Assembly (NCBI GenBank): GCA_002189035.1
Contig: NEEC01000010.1
Coordinates: 3,224,001 to 3,288,000, forward strand
Reading direction: 5' to 3'
Length of the DNA stretch: 64,000 nucleotides
From: Utricularia gibba
Taxonomy: Eukaryota > Plantae > Magnoliophyta
The translations under genes were made by a program, and so were the position numbers. Below the pieces are notes generated by a model. The model saw only the letters and a list, made by a program, of their open reading frames with translations, was not told the origin of the DNA and ran no database searches. Of the stretch, positions 22,106 to 36,000 are shown in pieces (position 1 is the first letter of the stretch; every line of letters starts with the position of its first letter).

Positions 22106-25100
22106 TCAACGGCGGTAGCGGTAGCGTTTAAAGTTGAAGTACACGTGTAGGATCCCTCTTTCAAAGGTGCATTTAAAGCCTTTTTTATGGGAATACTCCC
22201 ACTCCTTGTTGACAATGCGAAAGGCCTGCATCCACAGCAAAACATGGTACTCAGTTGATTTACATGTATATATCAACTACATTCAACTTCAAAACAATAT
22301 CAAATAGAGAGAGTGAAAGAGCTTACAATGTCTTCATATGGGGTCCAGCGTGAAATCTTATTATGCAAGTCTCAGAACTTTCACCATCTTTCTCTATGGC
22401 ATAAAATGGCGCTTTTGATTTGTCTACCAGATCCGGGTAGAATATATTGAATTTGTAACCCTGGACAATCTTCGGAGGTGGATTGTCATGATCATAATGA
22501 GTTTGGTTGTATTTGTTCCACTCATAGCCAGTGTGAACACGATTGAAATATTTTGGCTTCCTCGGACGATATTTATCATGCCACCAGTACACCTGTTCCC
22601 AGGTAACAACTGACTCAGCATCATTTGAACAAACCCAATTTCAAAGATGGATTTGAATACATTAAAGCATACCTGGGAATCCAGATTGATTTCATCATTC
22701 GAGCCGAATACAACATCACCTTCTTCCATAGCCCCCATGGCCTTCATTGCATGCTTCTCAAAATTGTCTTCAGTGGGAGCTAGTCTTGATGCCAATTCAA
22801 GAGCTCGGCGCTCCTCTAATACAGCATTCCGTCTTTTCTCCTACATAAAATAAAAATAAAAACTGCTGTTATGCCAATAATGTTTGAAAGCATGCAATAG
22901 GCATGATAATCGGATTTCATAAATCGTAATAGATGATGAAAGAACACTGGAAACTTAAAAAGCATAACTAATATCGAACTCGATACGAACACAGAGCCAA
23001 TGTGAAATGCATCATGAGATTCCAAGAGGAACTTGGCTATATGCTCTTTACGAAAAAAAAAAAACAAAATCACATAATCACAAAGCAATAACTCCCATGA
23101 AACTGTTGATGGGTAAAATACTTAATAGATATTATTACCCAGAAGTATACAAAAAGAAATAGTAATGCACGCACTGGAAAAATTCCAATGATCTTAAAAA
23201 ATACCAGAGAAGCCTTGTCTTCTTCAGGGTCAACCGCATCTTCATCCTCATCACCATGCAACAATTCTGGAGAATACGATCCAGCAAATTCGTCTTCCTT
23301 TTCCTCCATATCCATCACAGGTTCGGGAGAGAGAACAGTATCTATAACAGAAGAGCAGCAAAATAAGTAAATTGATGTATATAACAAAAAAAATTCAGAA
23401 TATGGAAAAATAGAGAAATTTACCAGCTTCCTCTTCACTAACATCTAGGATATCTTCTGTTGAGATTCTTTCTGTCTCATTCTTTCTACCCTCTGTTGGT
23501 ATCTCTGTGAATTCCAAATGCTGGCGCAGCACTTTGGCATGTATCTCCTTCAAACATGCCTGCAGATGTTCACGTCCCGAATAAAGCAAGCTCAGCAATG
23601 AAAAGACCTCAGACACAAGAATCAACACCTACCTTTGCTTTAAATATGTGAAGACGTTTCAGAATGGCTTCCCAATACTCGACCTCTCTTGCTGCCCCAG
23701 ACTGCATCTGTGACTCAATCTGCAACTGCAGTTTATCTAACTCAGAAAAGGTTTTTCCTTGCAGAAGACTTTTAACATCCGTCTCAATGCTTGAATGTAG
23801 GCCCCGCTCTCCACCAATCATATCCTGGGGGAGTCGCTCACCACGCACTCTGGCACGTTCCAACACATCTCTTTTCCTAGCTTCAGACAGTTCCCATTCA
23901 CACACTACTTGAAGTGCCTGCATTCATATAAATTATGTTTTAAAATTCTGTTCAGAATACATATGCACAATCACGCAAAACATTAAGAAACATAGAATGA
24001 AAATGACTACACATCTTCACCAAAAGGTGGGGTTTGCTGCATGGATCAAGTGATCTTGCAGTCTCCCTGTTAGTTATGGGTACTATACATGTGCTACTAT
24101 TGATTAGAATTCTTCGAGAATGAAGCCAGAAATAAGAATCAGAACTGAAAAGATTTTAGCATGCCAAACTATGCAAAGCAAAAGCAGAAACTATCCATAC
24201 ACGACAACAATACCGTATGAATCCAGTAAAGCACATCCTCATAGAACAACTCTACTACCTCCCAATATTTAATATGCGTTGGGGTTGCCCTGTCCAAGTC
24301 AAGGTGCATCTTTATATCATTGTGAAGCTCTTCCATCTCTTTAACGGACAAACCCTAAGAAGGTCAGCATAGTATATGAGAAGACTGATTTCCCTAAAAA
24401 CGAACAGGACTTTCAGGAATGCTCTATGCGGAATGGTACCTTAAGCACCATGTACGGTTCATTCATATCAATCTCAAGCTCATCTGAAGGGTCAAGATAC
24501 TTGGTAAGGACATCAATTGGTTTGGTGCGCCCCTCGCGCAACCGAATCTTTGACCTGATTTTGCTTTGGTCAAAATGAAACTGTAAAATGAACACATTCC
24601 ATGTCATCATATTGCGCACATCTGAAAGAATAAAATATTGTATTCCATGTTCTGCATATATTTCACCTCTTCTTCCCTCTTCTCCCAATCTTGAAACTCA
24701 GCTCGAGCACGCTCCCTGGCCAATAATGCCTAAAAGTGGACAGTCAATATTGTGCCAAATATCCGCATAAAAAGTAAATTTCATACAAATTTTGCATGTG
24801 AGATCCCATAATAGGAGCGATACAATCTATATTTTGCAAGATGAGAAGGATACCATCTCTTCTTCGTGTTGTGCTTTCTCAATAGCCCTTTCTTCTCGCC
24901 TTTTTTTAACCTTCTCAATTTCCGCCTACAAGAGAAGATAGTCAAAATCTTAAATATGGTGATACTGAACCAAACGCCTACTTGTGTATCTACCTCATGA
25001 AAATAAATCTAATGTCAACAAGAGATGCTAAGTTCACTGATCAAAATCTGAAATTTTTTACATTATCAACCCATCCAACAATTCCTTAACTCTGTTAATG

Positions 25101-26060
25101 ATGAAAATCTTCTAGAGTAGAATTTAGCAACATATAACTGCAAAACATCATTATCTCAGACAAAAGAATGCAAAATAAGTATAATGAGAATGTGGTTGAT
25201 GTTCTACCAATTTGCGAGCTAGATTTATCTAATGACACATGCCTGCACTAAATCATGGTACTGGGTGCTACCAGTCTATCACACATGTAGAAGAATCTAA
25301 GACAGAATTAGCAATGTCACCATTCTTTCTCTCTGCCTTTTTTTCTCTGCTTTTATGGAGAAATCATCAAGAGGAGCGCCTTGTGCTACATCACGCTCTA
25401 TCTTTTTTCTCCAAACAAATCTAAGAAAAATTAATAAAAGATGTTCAATAAATATTTGACTACTCTGAAAAGGGACACTATACCGAAATCACAATTTCCA
25501 TCAAGATAATTCCACAAGAAAGACTACATATTCAAAGGGAATAAATAATGTACGATACAAGAAAAATGCATTAGAGAGTTCCGAAGTAGATGACTGAAAA
25601 ATGATGACTTACTTCTCATTGAGATTGGAGTCACCAAATGGATTGGAATCGTTAGAATATCCAGAAACAGTCTGTGACTTCAACTTTTGGGCAACTTTTA
25701 GTGCCTGCCACCAGAAAACATAGTATTTCGAAAAAATGAAATAAAAAAATAAAAAATAAAACCGCGATGATTCTATTCCATAAAAAATAAAAAAATTATG
25801 CCAAGGATTCTCTGAGTAAGAACGAAGGACTCATCACATATTTCATGAATTATACAAAAGGACAGCTTTGGAGTACAGCTTGTCATATGACGGGTAAAAA
25901 AACAAACCTTCTTCTGTGCCTTCTTAGCAAGGTACTCAGCAATCTCTTCCTCACTTATCTTTCTCCTACCTTTTCGTTTTGTCGTCTTATCATGCTCATC
26001 ATCTGATGAATACTCATCAGAGGAACGTGCCTCTCTTCGGTGCCTTTTGGATGAAGACAT
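22106..26060 (-). CDS. CACTIN: Cactin (spliceosome-associated protein); -1 frameshift near 22340
   Basis: YSNDSNPFGDSNL, FHFDQSKIRSKIRLREGRTKPID, YWWHDKYRPRKPKYFNRVHTGYEWNKYNQTHYDHDNPPPKIVQGYKFNIFYPDL, ending YFNFKRYRYRR*. Confidence 0.93.
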
Positions 26061-26794
26061 GCCTTGTTCCCTCAAGGGACGTATGCCTATATGAGAAACT
26101 GCAACGTTGCAACTTAGACTAGTGTCCCAAGGTCAGATGAAATGCTCGTTACAGAAAAAGTGGGCTAAACCTTGAAGTTCATACGGTCAAAAACTGAAAA
26201 ATGTTGCAAACTGTAAGTTCACGATGATATTGGCATATAAATCATGCACAAAACTGGAATAGCACAGGCAAGAATATCAGAAAATGTCATTGACGATGAC
26301 AAAATCGTTATCGAACAAAGGGTATCATTTATTTAGCCCTATAAAAGAGGAAAACTGAAACCGCGGAAAACCCAATCCCTATGATAGTAGAAAAAAACAG
26401 CAGATAAGCAGAATGCATTACTTGGGAGAAATAAAACCTCTGAGAAAAGCGAAAGGACAAGAAAACCCGGTTATCCTTTTCAGTAAGAGGCATGAATCTT
26501 CTAGGAGACGCTTTTACAAACACCCGGTAATCCAAAGCTCCAACAGCTTCCCGTCATTGTTAAAACCAAAATTTCTTCAAACAAAGAAAAACCTCAGCAA
26601 GCTCAGTAAGCAACAAAAGGTTGTCTCACCATTACAAGCCTTCTCGAGAACTTGAGTTTCCCGGTCTCGGCGTGTCAACGGAAGCGATAAACTCCGGCAA
26701 CCCGACAAAAACCAAACAAGAAGCCCAATAAGTTGAAGTAAGGACAATCTTGAGGTCCACGGCCTTATTATCCATTTCAATCACACTTCAGTTC

Positions 26795-26906
26795 GAGGCC
26801 CAGCCCAAAAATAATAAATGGGCTGAGCCACCATTCCTTGTTCGCATTCCAATCAAGTTAGTTTTAGGCCCAGCTCAAACGAGTAAATAGGACCGGCCCA
26901 GCATTG
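26795..26906. promoter_or_regulatory. Site II (GGCCCA/TGGGCY) cluster, Cactin promoter
   Basis: GGCCCAGCCCA, TGGGCT, AGGCCCA and GGCCCAGCATTGGGC fall within about 110 bp upstream of the Cactin leader. Confidence 0.5.
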
Positions 26907-27055
26907 GGCATCCAAACGATCTATTTAAAAATCATGAGTAATTTTATTGTTTATTTTCTAAAAACCATCTCACAACTATAATAATATTTTTTGTTTATGG
27001 AATAAACCGCTGAACTCAGATATGTATCTTTCTCAACGACTGATGGTGATGGATG

Positions 27056-30000
27056 TTAACCTGAGGATCGATTGTCGGCACCTTCTTCCTCGAGGTGCAC
27101 AAGAAGATGGTAAGATTTCTTTAGCGTCGATTTAGCAACTTCGCTTTTCTCTGCTTCGCAAAGACGATCAAGTGTGCCTAGGAATGCAGCGTCGGGAGCT
27201 TTGGCTGATGGCACCAGGGTGTACAGGTTTGTTAGGTCCAGAAGGCATTCCGCAGCTGCAATATGGACCTGATAAGGAAAGGCAGCGAACTGAGGTCTAG
27301 GGTTCCATTCCAGAAATTATGTCGTCTTTACTGAGTTGATACGATCGAAAATCGGAAGTTCTGGAAGTAGAGAGACATATATGTTGTATACCTGCCCGAT
27401 TTTGATTGAGTGAAGGCACTTGAGCAATTCGGGTGCCAGAGTATGGAATAACTGAGTGAACATAAAATGAGAGGTTCGTGTCAATGCTGGAGGTGTTAGA
27501 TCAATGCAAGTGTAAGGTTTGTGTTACCTCGGATGCTCTTGGTGGGATTTCCGTGGGTGGATCTTGCATGCTGTTAAAGCTAGAGCGCATCTTAGAGGCA
27601 AGTGCTTTGACTGAAGCAAAAACCGAGACTTTAACTGTTGGGCAAAGGAAAATTGAGGGTGAGTATGAGTGAACTGATAGAATGAAAAACACAGTGCAGA
27701 GGAGGAGCAAGTGTACCTGTCCACGATAAGGCAGGTGAAAGAGAGAATGAGTACAGATCAAGCAAGCTTTTGTGTTGCAGAAGAATGTCGTCGATGATGG
27801 CAACATGGATAGCAGCCGTGACGCAGCTCAACATTTTAGCATGCAGAGCAGCCACTGAACTCTCTTGTTCATGATCATCTGCTGCAAGAACAAAATGCTC
27901 ATGACTCGCAAAGAGGTCCCACTATCTACTGTATGGAGAAGAAGATGCGAACACCCATTCAAAATGCTATTTTGCACTGCAAATCTATATGGACAGCAGC
28001 ACAGCGAACATAGGGCGATACCTTGAGCCTGATGATAATCTAATTGGGATCGTAAATGACTGGGTACACATGACAAATACAGCTGCTTCAAAAACATAAA
28101 TAATTCATGCCATGGAACTAGCCATGGTATGGGATTTGAGCTTTCTTCTTCTGGCTTCTTACTTTTAAAAGGAACACACACACATGCAGGAGTCTTAGTG
28201 AAGGATTGGGAATGATTTACTCTGTACCTTTTTTGTCATCAGTTTGCGTAGATGGTTGACTTGAGGCCCGCATGGCCGAGTTCCCCATCTCCAGCAGGAA
28301 TGGAAACACCATGTTGAAGAACTCAGGTTTTGCAAACGCCCTGATAACCTTTAGAAAAACGTAATAACATTGTAAACATGATAAATCCGAAATATGGATT
28401 TAGAAAAATAAACATCAAACTCGTTTGTTTTGTTGCATAGATTTCCCATCATTGAAATATGGGTGCTCCTTGTAATAACCAACACTAGGTTTCGCAGCCC
28501 CTTAACCAAGTGCTAGATGAATGATCACCTGCTCAAGACAATTGAATGCTGCTTCACGATACTTCTTCTCTTTTTTGGAACAAGCCGAGGTCACAAGGCC
28601 CAATATTGCACTTGGAGCATCAGGATTGGAAGCAGAAATTAATTCATGGCATGACGAGCAGAGGGCAGACAAAGCATTTAACATCACATCTTTTCCCTAT
28701 CAGAAAGAAGGATGTTACGAAGAAAAGGAAAGATTCTCAGTTCGCAATATGCTTAAAATAGTGTATGCTACCTCCCACAGACGTCCTGGAAGCTCCTTCA
28801 TCAGAGAGCTAAGCAAAATATGATGATGTGAAGATAGATAAGCACCGAGGACTTCACAAAGTTTACATACTGCTTGTGAGGCCTGTACCCAAATATATAT
28901 TTTCTTGAAAATTTCTTCATTTTACAGATAAGGTGGGGCAAATGATAACACTATCATGCTTCCTAACACGAACCAATAAATAAAAATTAAATGTGAAGAG
29001 GGCAGAGTAAACATGCCTTTTTCTTCCTTGCCCAGGAAGATGACCCAATTTCTTCATTAATGAGGGTAACAATTTCTACCATGTACAGCTGAAGAGTTAT
29101 TCTATCACTGCTCTGGTTTTCTTCCCACAGTTCTTCATAAAGACTAGAGATTGATTTTTCATCCTCAAACCTGTGATTTACATAGGGTACCTTAAAACCT
29201 TGAAGCAATGAATTTCACCCAAGTTTCTGCTCTCACCTGGAAACAAAGATAACTGGAATGACAATTGCATGATATCCATTCAAGACTTCAGCAGCTGAGG
29301 ATGCGTAGCTTTTCAACAGAACTGCACAAGCTATCTGGTCGTTTCGGTCACCAAGATGCAACTTGACTGTATCTTCAATTAATTTGTGTGCTTGTGATGG
29401 AGCAGCATGCTTCAAAACCAGAGCACAAGCATTTGCGTAGGCTCGCTTCGACACTGAGCTTCTTTCATCCTTCACAGCAGAAAGCAAAAGCTTCAGTAAT
29501 GAGCTTGTGAATGGCTTGATGTCAGCACCAACTTTCTGAACCAGCAAGCAGATAAAATTTGCAACACCAACCCTGAAAAAATGCTATCAGATGACACATG
29601 GTGTGTGATGCTGCGTTTAAATCATATTTCAAAAATTTGAAAATGATTTGACCAAGCTGACCTGGTGTTCAAACCAATGCTGGACCGGACCAGCTGTGCA
29701 AGTCGAGGAACCAAGAGTTCAAGAGATGGGGAGTCAATGGCATCAATGCAAATCTCAAGGGTTTCCCACATAGGAGATCCCCGGGCAACAGAGATTCTCA
29801 AATTCTCTAGTTTATCAGTTTGAATACCAACCCTCTCTGCGTGCATCTAGCCAATGAAAGACTATCACAATCATAGACCAAGTAAATGGTAAAGAAAAAA
29901 TGACAGAAACCATAACATGGAGGAGTAAAAAATAAGACGCTGATTACAAAAAAGGATGTTCTTTTTGCATTTTGGAGAATAATGTACGGTGACAGGTGAG

Positions 30001-33000
30001 ACATTCTTGAGAAGGCACCCACCGCAACATAGTTCATCCCCTGATCTTCAAGGCTTGAGAGGCTTTCCAGCATACAACACACGAGATCACTCAAATAGGG
30101 GCGAATTGCAATCCCAGCAGTCTATAAATGTAGATAGATGTTCATATGATAAACATAAATAGCTCACACATAAACAGTCACACGTAGATGTTATAAGTCA
30201 AAACGCATGTCTATAAATTGCTCAGCACTAGAGTGGCGAAGCAACACAAACATGCATAGTAAATCAGAAAAGGAAGACCGGAACCTAGTAGAATGGCACA
30301 CCCAAGTCCACATTCAGAAGCAATGATAATCCATTTACACAAAAGTAGATTAGATATTAAACTTACACCCATATTAGACTCGCTGATTTACCTTTGCAAG
30401 CTTCATCACCATATCAATGGAAACCTTACGAATATTTTCAACTTTATTCAGTATTCCTTCAGTGAGTAACAAAGGAAGTACTATTGTCATTGCTTCTCGA
30501 CCCTCCTGAATTGGTGTGAGAGATATATCACATAGTCTTCCAGTTAATGATCCAACAGCACGACATAATCGGTCTCCTGCATTTCTGACAGTTTCTTTTA
30601 TATCATCCATGGCCCTAAAGGCAGCTCTCCATACTCTTTCTAGATGATTCTTGACCTAATGAAACAACAAAGATATTCAAATCCACTGCTTAATCACCTC
30701 TAGAAAATGAACAATCTCAGGAAAAATTAATATGAAACAAATAAATGATATGGATTTTACTGATCTTGTGAGTGTGTTTTCTCAGGATATAATGTATAAG
30801 ATTTAAAAATTCTAATCAGTATTTGAAAAAACATTATAAGAATAGGCTCAGAAAATTTTTGAACTGCATATAAAACTGGCATAGGAACAAAGTGATGACT
30901 GTGTCCACCCTTCAAATATCCCAGTGCATAGAATAGCCACAAAGAAGCAAAAGGAATGGCTGTAGATGATAACCTCATGAAATTTTCGTCCCTGGAGTAT
31001 ATCTGCAAGGGCAAGGCAGGAAGCCTCCCTGGACCGCCAAAGTCTGGATCCAGTATTCAGTAAGAGGTCTTCAAAAATTGTGCCTAAATTCTCATCAATG
31101 GTCTTCTTTGAATCTGCTATCATTGATTTCCAAATGTGAGCCATGGCATCCTGGTTCAAAAGTCAAAAGATTAAAGAGAGGCAAGGTGCAAATAAAAACC
31201 CACAAATAAGTGATGAACATGAAGAAATGCATGCACATTACGTTCATCAAAAAAAAAAAAAAAAAAATCACTTGTCAGCACAAAAAGTGGAAAACCAAAT
31301 GAGCAGGCTGCATATCTATTACTCAACATATTCAAGGAGCGAAGCTGACGATGGGAAATCTAAACAGTGGTATCTTCAAACAGCTGAATGCATTAATTTA
31401 ATAAGACCAGAAAATGCAGACCTGCACGTTTTTATCAGGGTCATACTGATACCGGAACAATTTAGGAACCAGTGCCTGTAGGTAAGGCTGTAGTGCATCC
31501 CCTGCATGCTTTGCTATTTTGGAAAATCCAAAAGCGGCACCTCTTTTAGAATTCAGAGACGCTTGATAGTTTGCCAAATCCATGAACTTATAGATCAGGT
31601 CAGGCTGGCCAACATCATTGGCTAGGTCACAAAGTTCCTTGTATGTTCTTAGTTTTCCTCCTGAGGGACTTTCACCAAAGGCACCCTCTTGGAACACTTC
31701 AGAATTCTCATCCAGCTGAAGACACATGATACATGAGACACAAGGATCTCATAAAAACGCAACAAAAGGAGGATATATGGCAGCTTCGTGTAGTTCCAAA
31801 TCACAGATTAAAAAATATAAAATGGATCATCCTCCCTTTAAAATACAGTTGCTTAATATACAATGCAATTTGTGTATATCTACACTTTATCAGGAAAAAA
31901 AAACATGAATACAAAATCCAATATTCACCTTAAGTTTCCTTTGCCGCTTCCCAGAACCAGTTAGAGTCCCAACGAGAGAATTAACCAAGCTTTTCTTCAT
32001 ATCACTGTCACCAAGTTCATACACGATGCTTAGACCTTGAGATGCCAACTCCTGGGTAAGATCATTTTCGTCTCCAACAAGACGTGAAAATGCCTCCTGG
32101 ATGAGATAAATTACATTATTGGAAGACCAAGTTAGAAACTTGAATAGATACTACCAAGCTAATCAGGCGCATAAATGCCATTTCCAAACCTGAATATCAG
32201 GAAGCAACTGCTGGATACTATGGTGGTGGCCACAGTATACTGTGAGAGATAATAACCAGACAGTCCCAGAGCAGCGCTCCTCCTTTCTGGTACTCCATAA
32301 AAGATCATCAAATAGCTTTCTCGCTACACCTTCTCTTACAGTACTATGGTAGCTTACATCATTTTGAAACTCAAGAGAGTGGAGCCTTGGCAGAGAAGAT
32401 GACAGATTTTCCAACAAAAAGTTAGAAATCATAGAAAGGGAAGAATAATTAGTCCTAAGAATCATATCAACTGTAACAGGAACCCCTCCCCACATAAATG
32501 AAAGGGCTTCTCCAGCAGCAAACAAGATATCTTCGACCTGTTAATAATATCAACAGCACACACAATCTAAAACTTTTAGACAACGTTGTGAAGTCAGTGG
32601 GTATCTTCAGAATTCATTGGAATTATGTTTATAGAGAATCACCAACCTTTGACTTGGAAAGACTGAAAATCAAATCAATGGCAGTATTTAGATGTGAATG
32701 GGATTCTTCCTTCACAGACATATGCCCCAGAGCAATGACAGTTCTTTGAATGGCTTTAGTATCATCACCAAAAAGCAGCTTACTTAATCTTCCATGCAAA
32801 GCTGCCCAAACTGAAACTGGAAATGAGACGGGTTTAGCAATGCCTTGAAAAAGTTAGCAGCACCCTGTAAGGTCAGTACCCATTGGGCACACAAATTCCT
32901 GAACAGTAAGATCACTACCTTCAGTAGAATCAATAAGCAATGGAGGCAGTGGAATGCTGAGTCCTATATGACCAAGTGCTCGCATTGCGACAGATGCTAA

Positions 33001-36000
33001 GGCTCCAGTTTCATTGTTGATGACATCCACTAAGCAAACCAAGACACTCTGAAGGGCTGATTCTGGCATCTAATTGAACAGAAGTGACAAGAGAAACATT
33101 ATTTTTCGTGGAAACAACATTGTATCAAACTTCAACTAGCCACGTGCAAAGATATGGGGGGGGGGGGGGGGCATGGAAGTACTTCATGTTTAGCTTAAAG
33201 AGTTACAGAAAAAAAAAGAAATAAAAAGCGAACACGAAACACCTCAAAATATGAGAAACATTCATAATGAGAAATGCAGCTTCCATAGTTGCTATCTTAA
33301 GTTGGGACAACTAAATAAAAAGCGACTTGACCTCAAAGAAGAATTCTTACATGGGGGTTTCTTAACAAGCAATTTGCTGTGGTATATCCCACGGCAGTTA
33401 ATAAACCATGCTTGGCTTCAAATCTATAGATAGCAGACCATTCCAGGTAATCAGAAATTACAAAAAAACAGTCAATTATGGAGAATCCTCTGGAAACAGG
33501 AATACCATACCTCACATTTTGCTTATCAGCGAGTGATGTTGTTAGTTCGCTGACAAGATGGCATAGAGCAGAAATAGAAAGTTCGGTGGAAGCAATTCCA
33601 AGCAAGCGTGCAGTAGATTCACGAGTATCAATGTCAAAATGATTCAGAAGTTGTCTAAGCCATGGTATTTTCTCTGCATATCGAGAGGCTATCATCTAAC
33701 ATCCAAAAAAACAATAATTAACAGAGATAGGTCAGATACACAATCAGAAGGAAAGTACGTCCACTTTACCTGCGGAAAATGACTCCCCAATGTGATTAGA
33801 GCTTTTGAAGCTAATGCATGCAACTCTGCAGAACCTTTAGGTGTCAATGAATGTTCTAACAATAGACAAAATAATTCTTCAGTGCTGGTTTCTGATTCTG
33901 CAATTGATCTAGTTTGTCCAACTTCAGCTTCAAAGCACTTCAACAAAAACTGGATCATAGCTACATAAGTCTTTGGTGAAAAAAGAAGTTCTGCATCACT
34001 TGGACCAGTTCCAGAAAAGACAGCAGGTTGCTGCTGTTGAATATAAGCCAGTATATTAGAGAGTTTTGGGTAATCTTGAGAGATGAGAATACCATTTTTG
34101 GGCTCCTCATCTGGGAATAAGCCTTTCAGAGACATCTCCCTGCACAGAGAAATTTTTAAGAAAAAAAGAAACACCTACGTCCATGCATTTGAATGATTCT
34201 TTTCAAAGCGAATGTGTCACTTTTCGAAAGTAATTAAATTTTCTAGGTGGGAATTATTTCTCAAGTTCCAGCTACCTTATATCTAATTTTGAGTCTGCCG
34301 CTCCAAGCATGCAAATATATCTGCTTGGACAATGTTTCAAACCAAACAATAAGGTCGCCCATCTAATGGCACAAAAGCGCCCTTCACTTTGTTCCTTGTT
34401 AGAGAAGATGAAAAAATGAAAATTAAGGCACACCGAGCAAAAAGTTATGGGATCAGCTATCAGCAGGAGATTGGTCAAGAAAAAAAAAACAGTAGATATT
34501 AATCAATGTGACCATATCGACAGACAGAAAAATGTTCACCATTTGATAGTTTTGTACTAGAAGCAGCTCCACGTCCTTCAACACCTCTGGGGAAGCACCC
34601 TGAAACACACAAGTCTTACCTAAGACAGAATAATATAATAATACCAGTGAAGTTAATGGAAAACAATGCATACTTTATATGCGACAGCAACAGAATTAGT
34701 GGCTTCTTGAACAGTCAAACGGAGAGACTGGTCCTCAAGCTTCAAAGCATCGAAGAGTCGGACAGCAACATCAATTTTATCCCTATATGTAAAACAGACT
34801 AAAATCATTCAGTAATCAAGTTCTCTTTGAAACTAGTTCACTCCTTCAGGGCTTCTCTCCTCCTAACCGTGTAAAATCTGACCTACATGTTGCCAAGTAC
34901 TGTGATAGCTCCTTAAGCCTCCATTACCATTCCGTACAGTTCTATAGTGCAGTAGATTCTTCATGCATGATATGCTATTGTTCAATATACAATATATAGT
35001 TCCTTACTGAAACCAAACCTATGTGAACTTATTCACCTAACTGAGAAATTACCTGAACAACTGAGGCATGCGCTGCGCTAGCAATCCAATAGCTTGAAAA
35101 CAAAAGCTCTTAACAATCATATCTGTACATTATACCATTTTGATCAACAAAATGCAAGATTTTATGCAGAAGAAATTAAAATTACAATAGACATGTGTTT
35201 GGCGGAATCATGTAGGCTGACCTGAATCCATTGAGGAATTGTCTAACAATTTCATAACACCTGTCAGAATAACTGGACCCATAAGCTTCAATTGTTCCAT
35301 TTTTGCCTGCAAAGAGTATATGAAACTTATGAAAAAATTAGGCATAAAATAACGTTTTTAAGCAAGCCTATTTTAGAAATCATTTGAGGATACAAGGATA
35401 CAAAACATATGAACAAAGAAAAATAAGGCATCAGAATATAAACGACAAGAAACTTGTCTCAAAAAGAAGCATGGAAAAAAAAAGAATTAAAAAAAACATA
35501 AAATCTCAAGCACGGTAGTCATACTAGGTGGGACCAACTTACACTCAGGCATCAATATTTAAATTCTTGAATGAATGAAGACCTGCTTAGTTTAGGTTAA
35601 AGTCGCACAAGAACTCTCTACCAAGCTTGCACAAGTACTTGAACCTATGACCTATGATCAGTCACAGGAAGAATGGTCAACCTACATGTTTGAAGACCCA
35701 GACTGAAAACTCCATGCCCGATTGTTTTAACTTCACGTTGGTATCTGTTCCTGAATCAAGCATGGAGCAGAAATATTCAGCAGCACCGAAAAGAAACCTT
35801 TCAGAATCAAAGAAAATTGAACATGTAAATAGCTTTCAGCTCACCAAAAATACAGCCAAAGATACACTGTAAGGTCGAAGGGAAACTGTTTGCAGCAGTC
35901 ATTGAGTGGCAGAAAACAGAAATCAACCTCAACCGTAAAGCTAGGTTTCCAGGACGAACACTGGACTCCGGAGGAATATTGCTGGAACCACCAGTACCTA

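Noticed and set aside
35386-35401. GTATCCTTGTATCC on the minus strand in ECM29 (U12-like donor)
   Set aside because: It lies inside an intron whose flanking exons already join in frame (VFKH|AKME) with a normal GTAGG donor.
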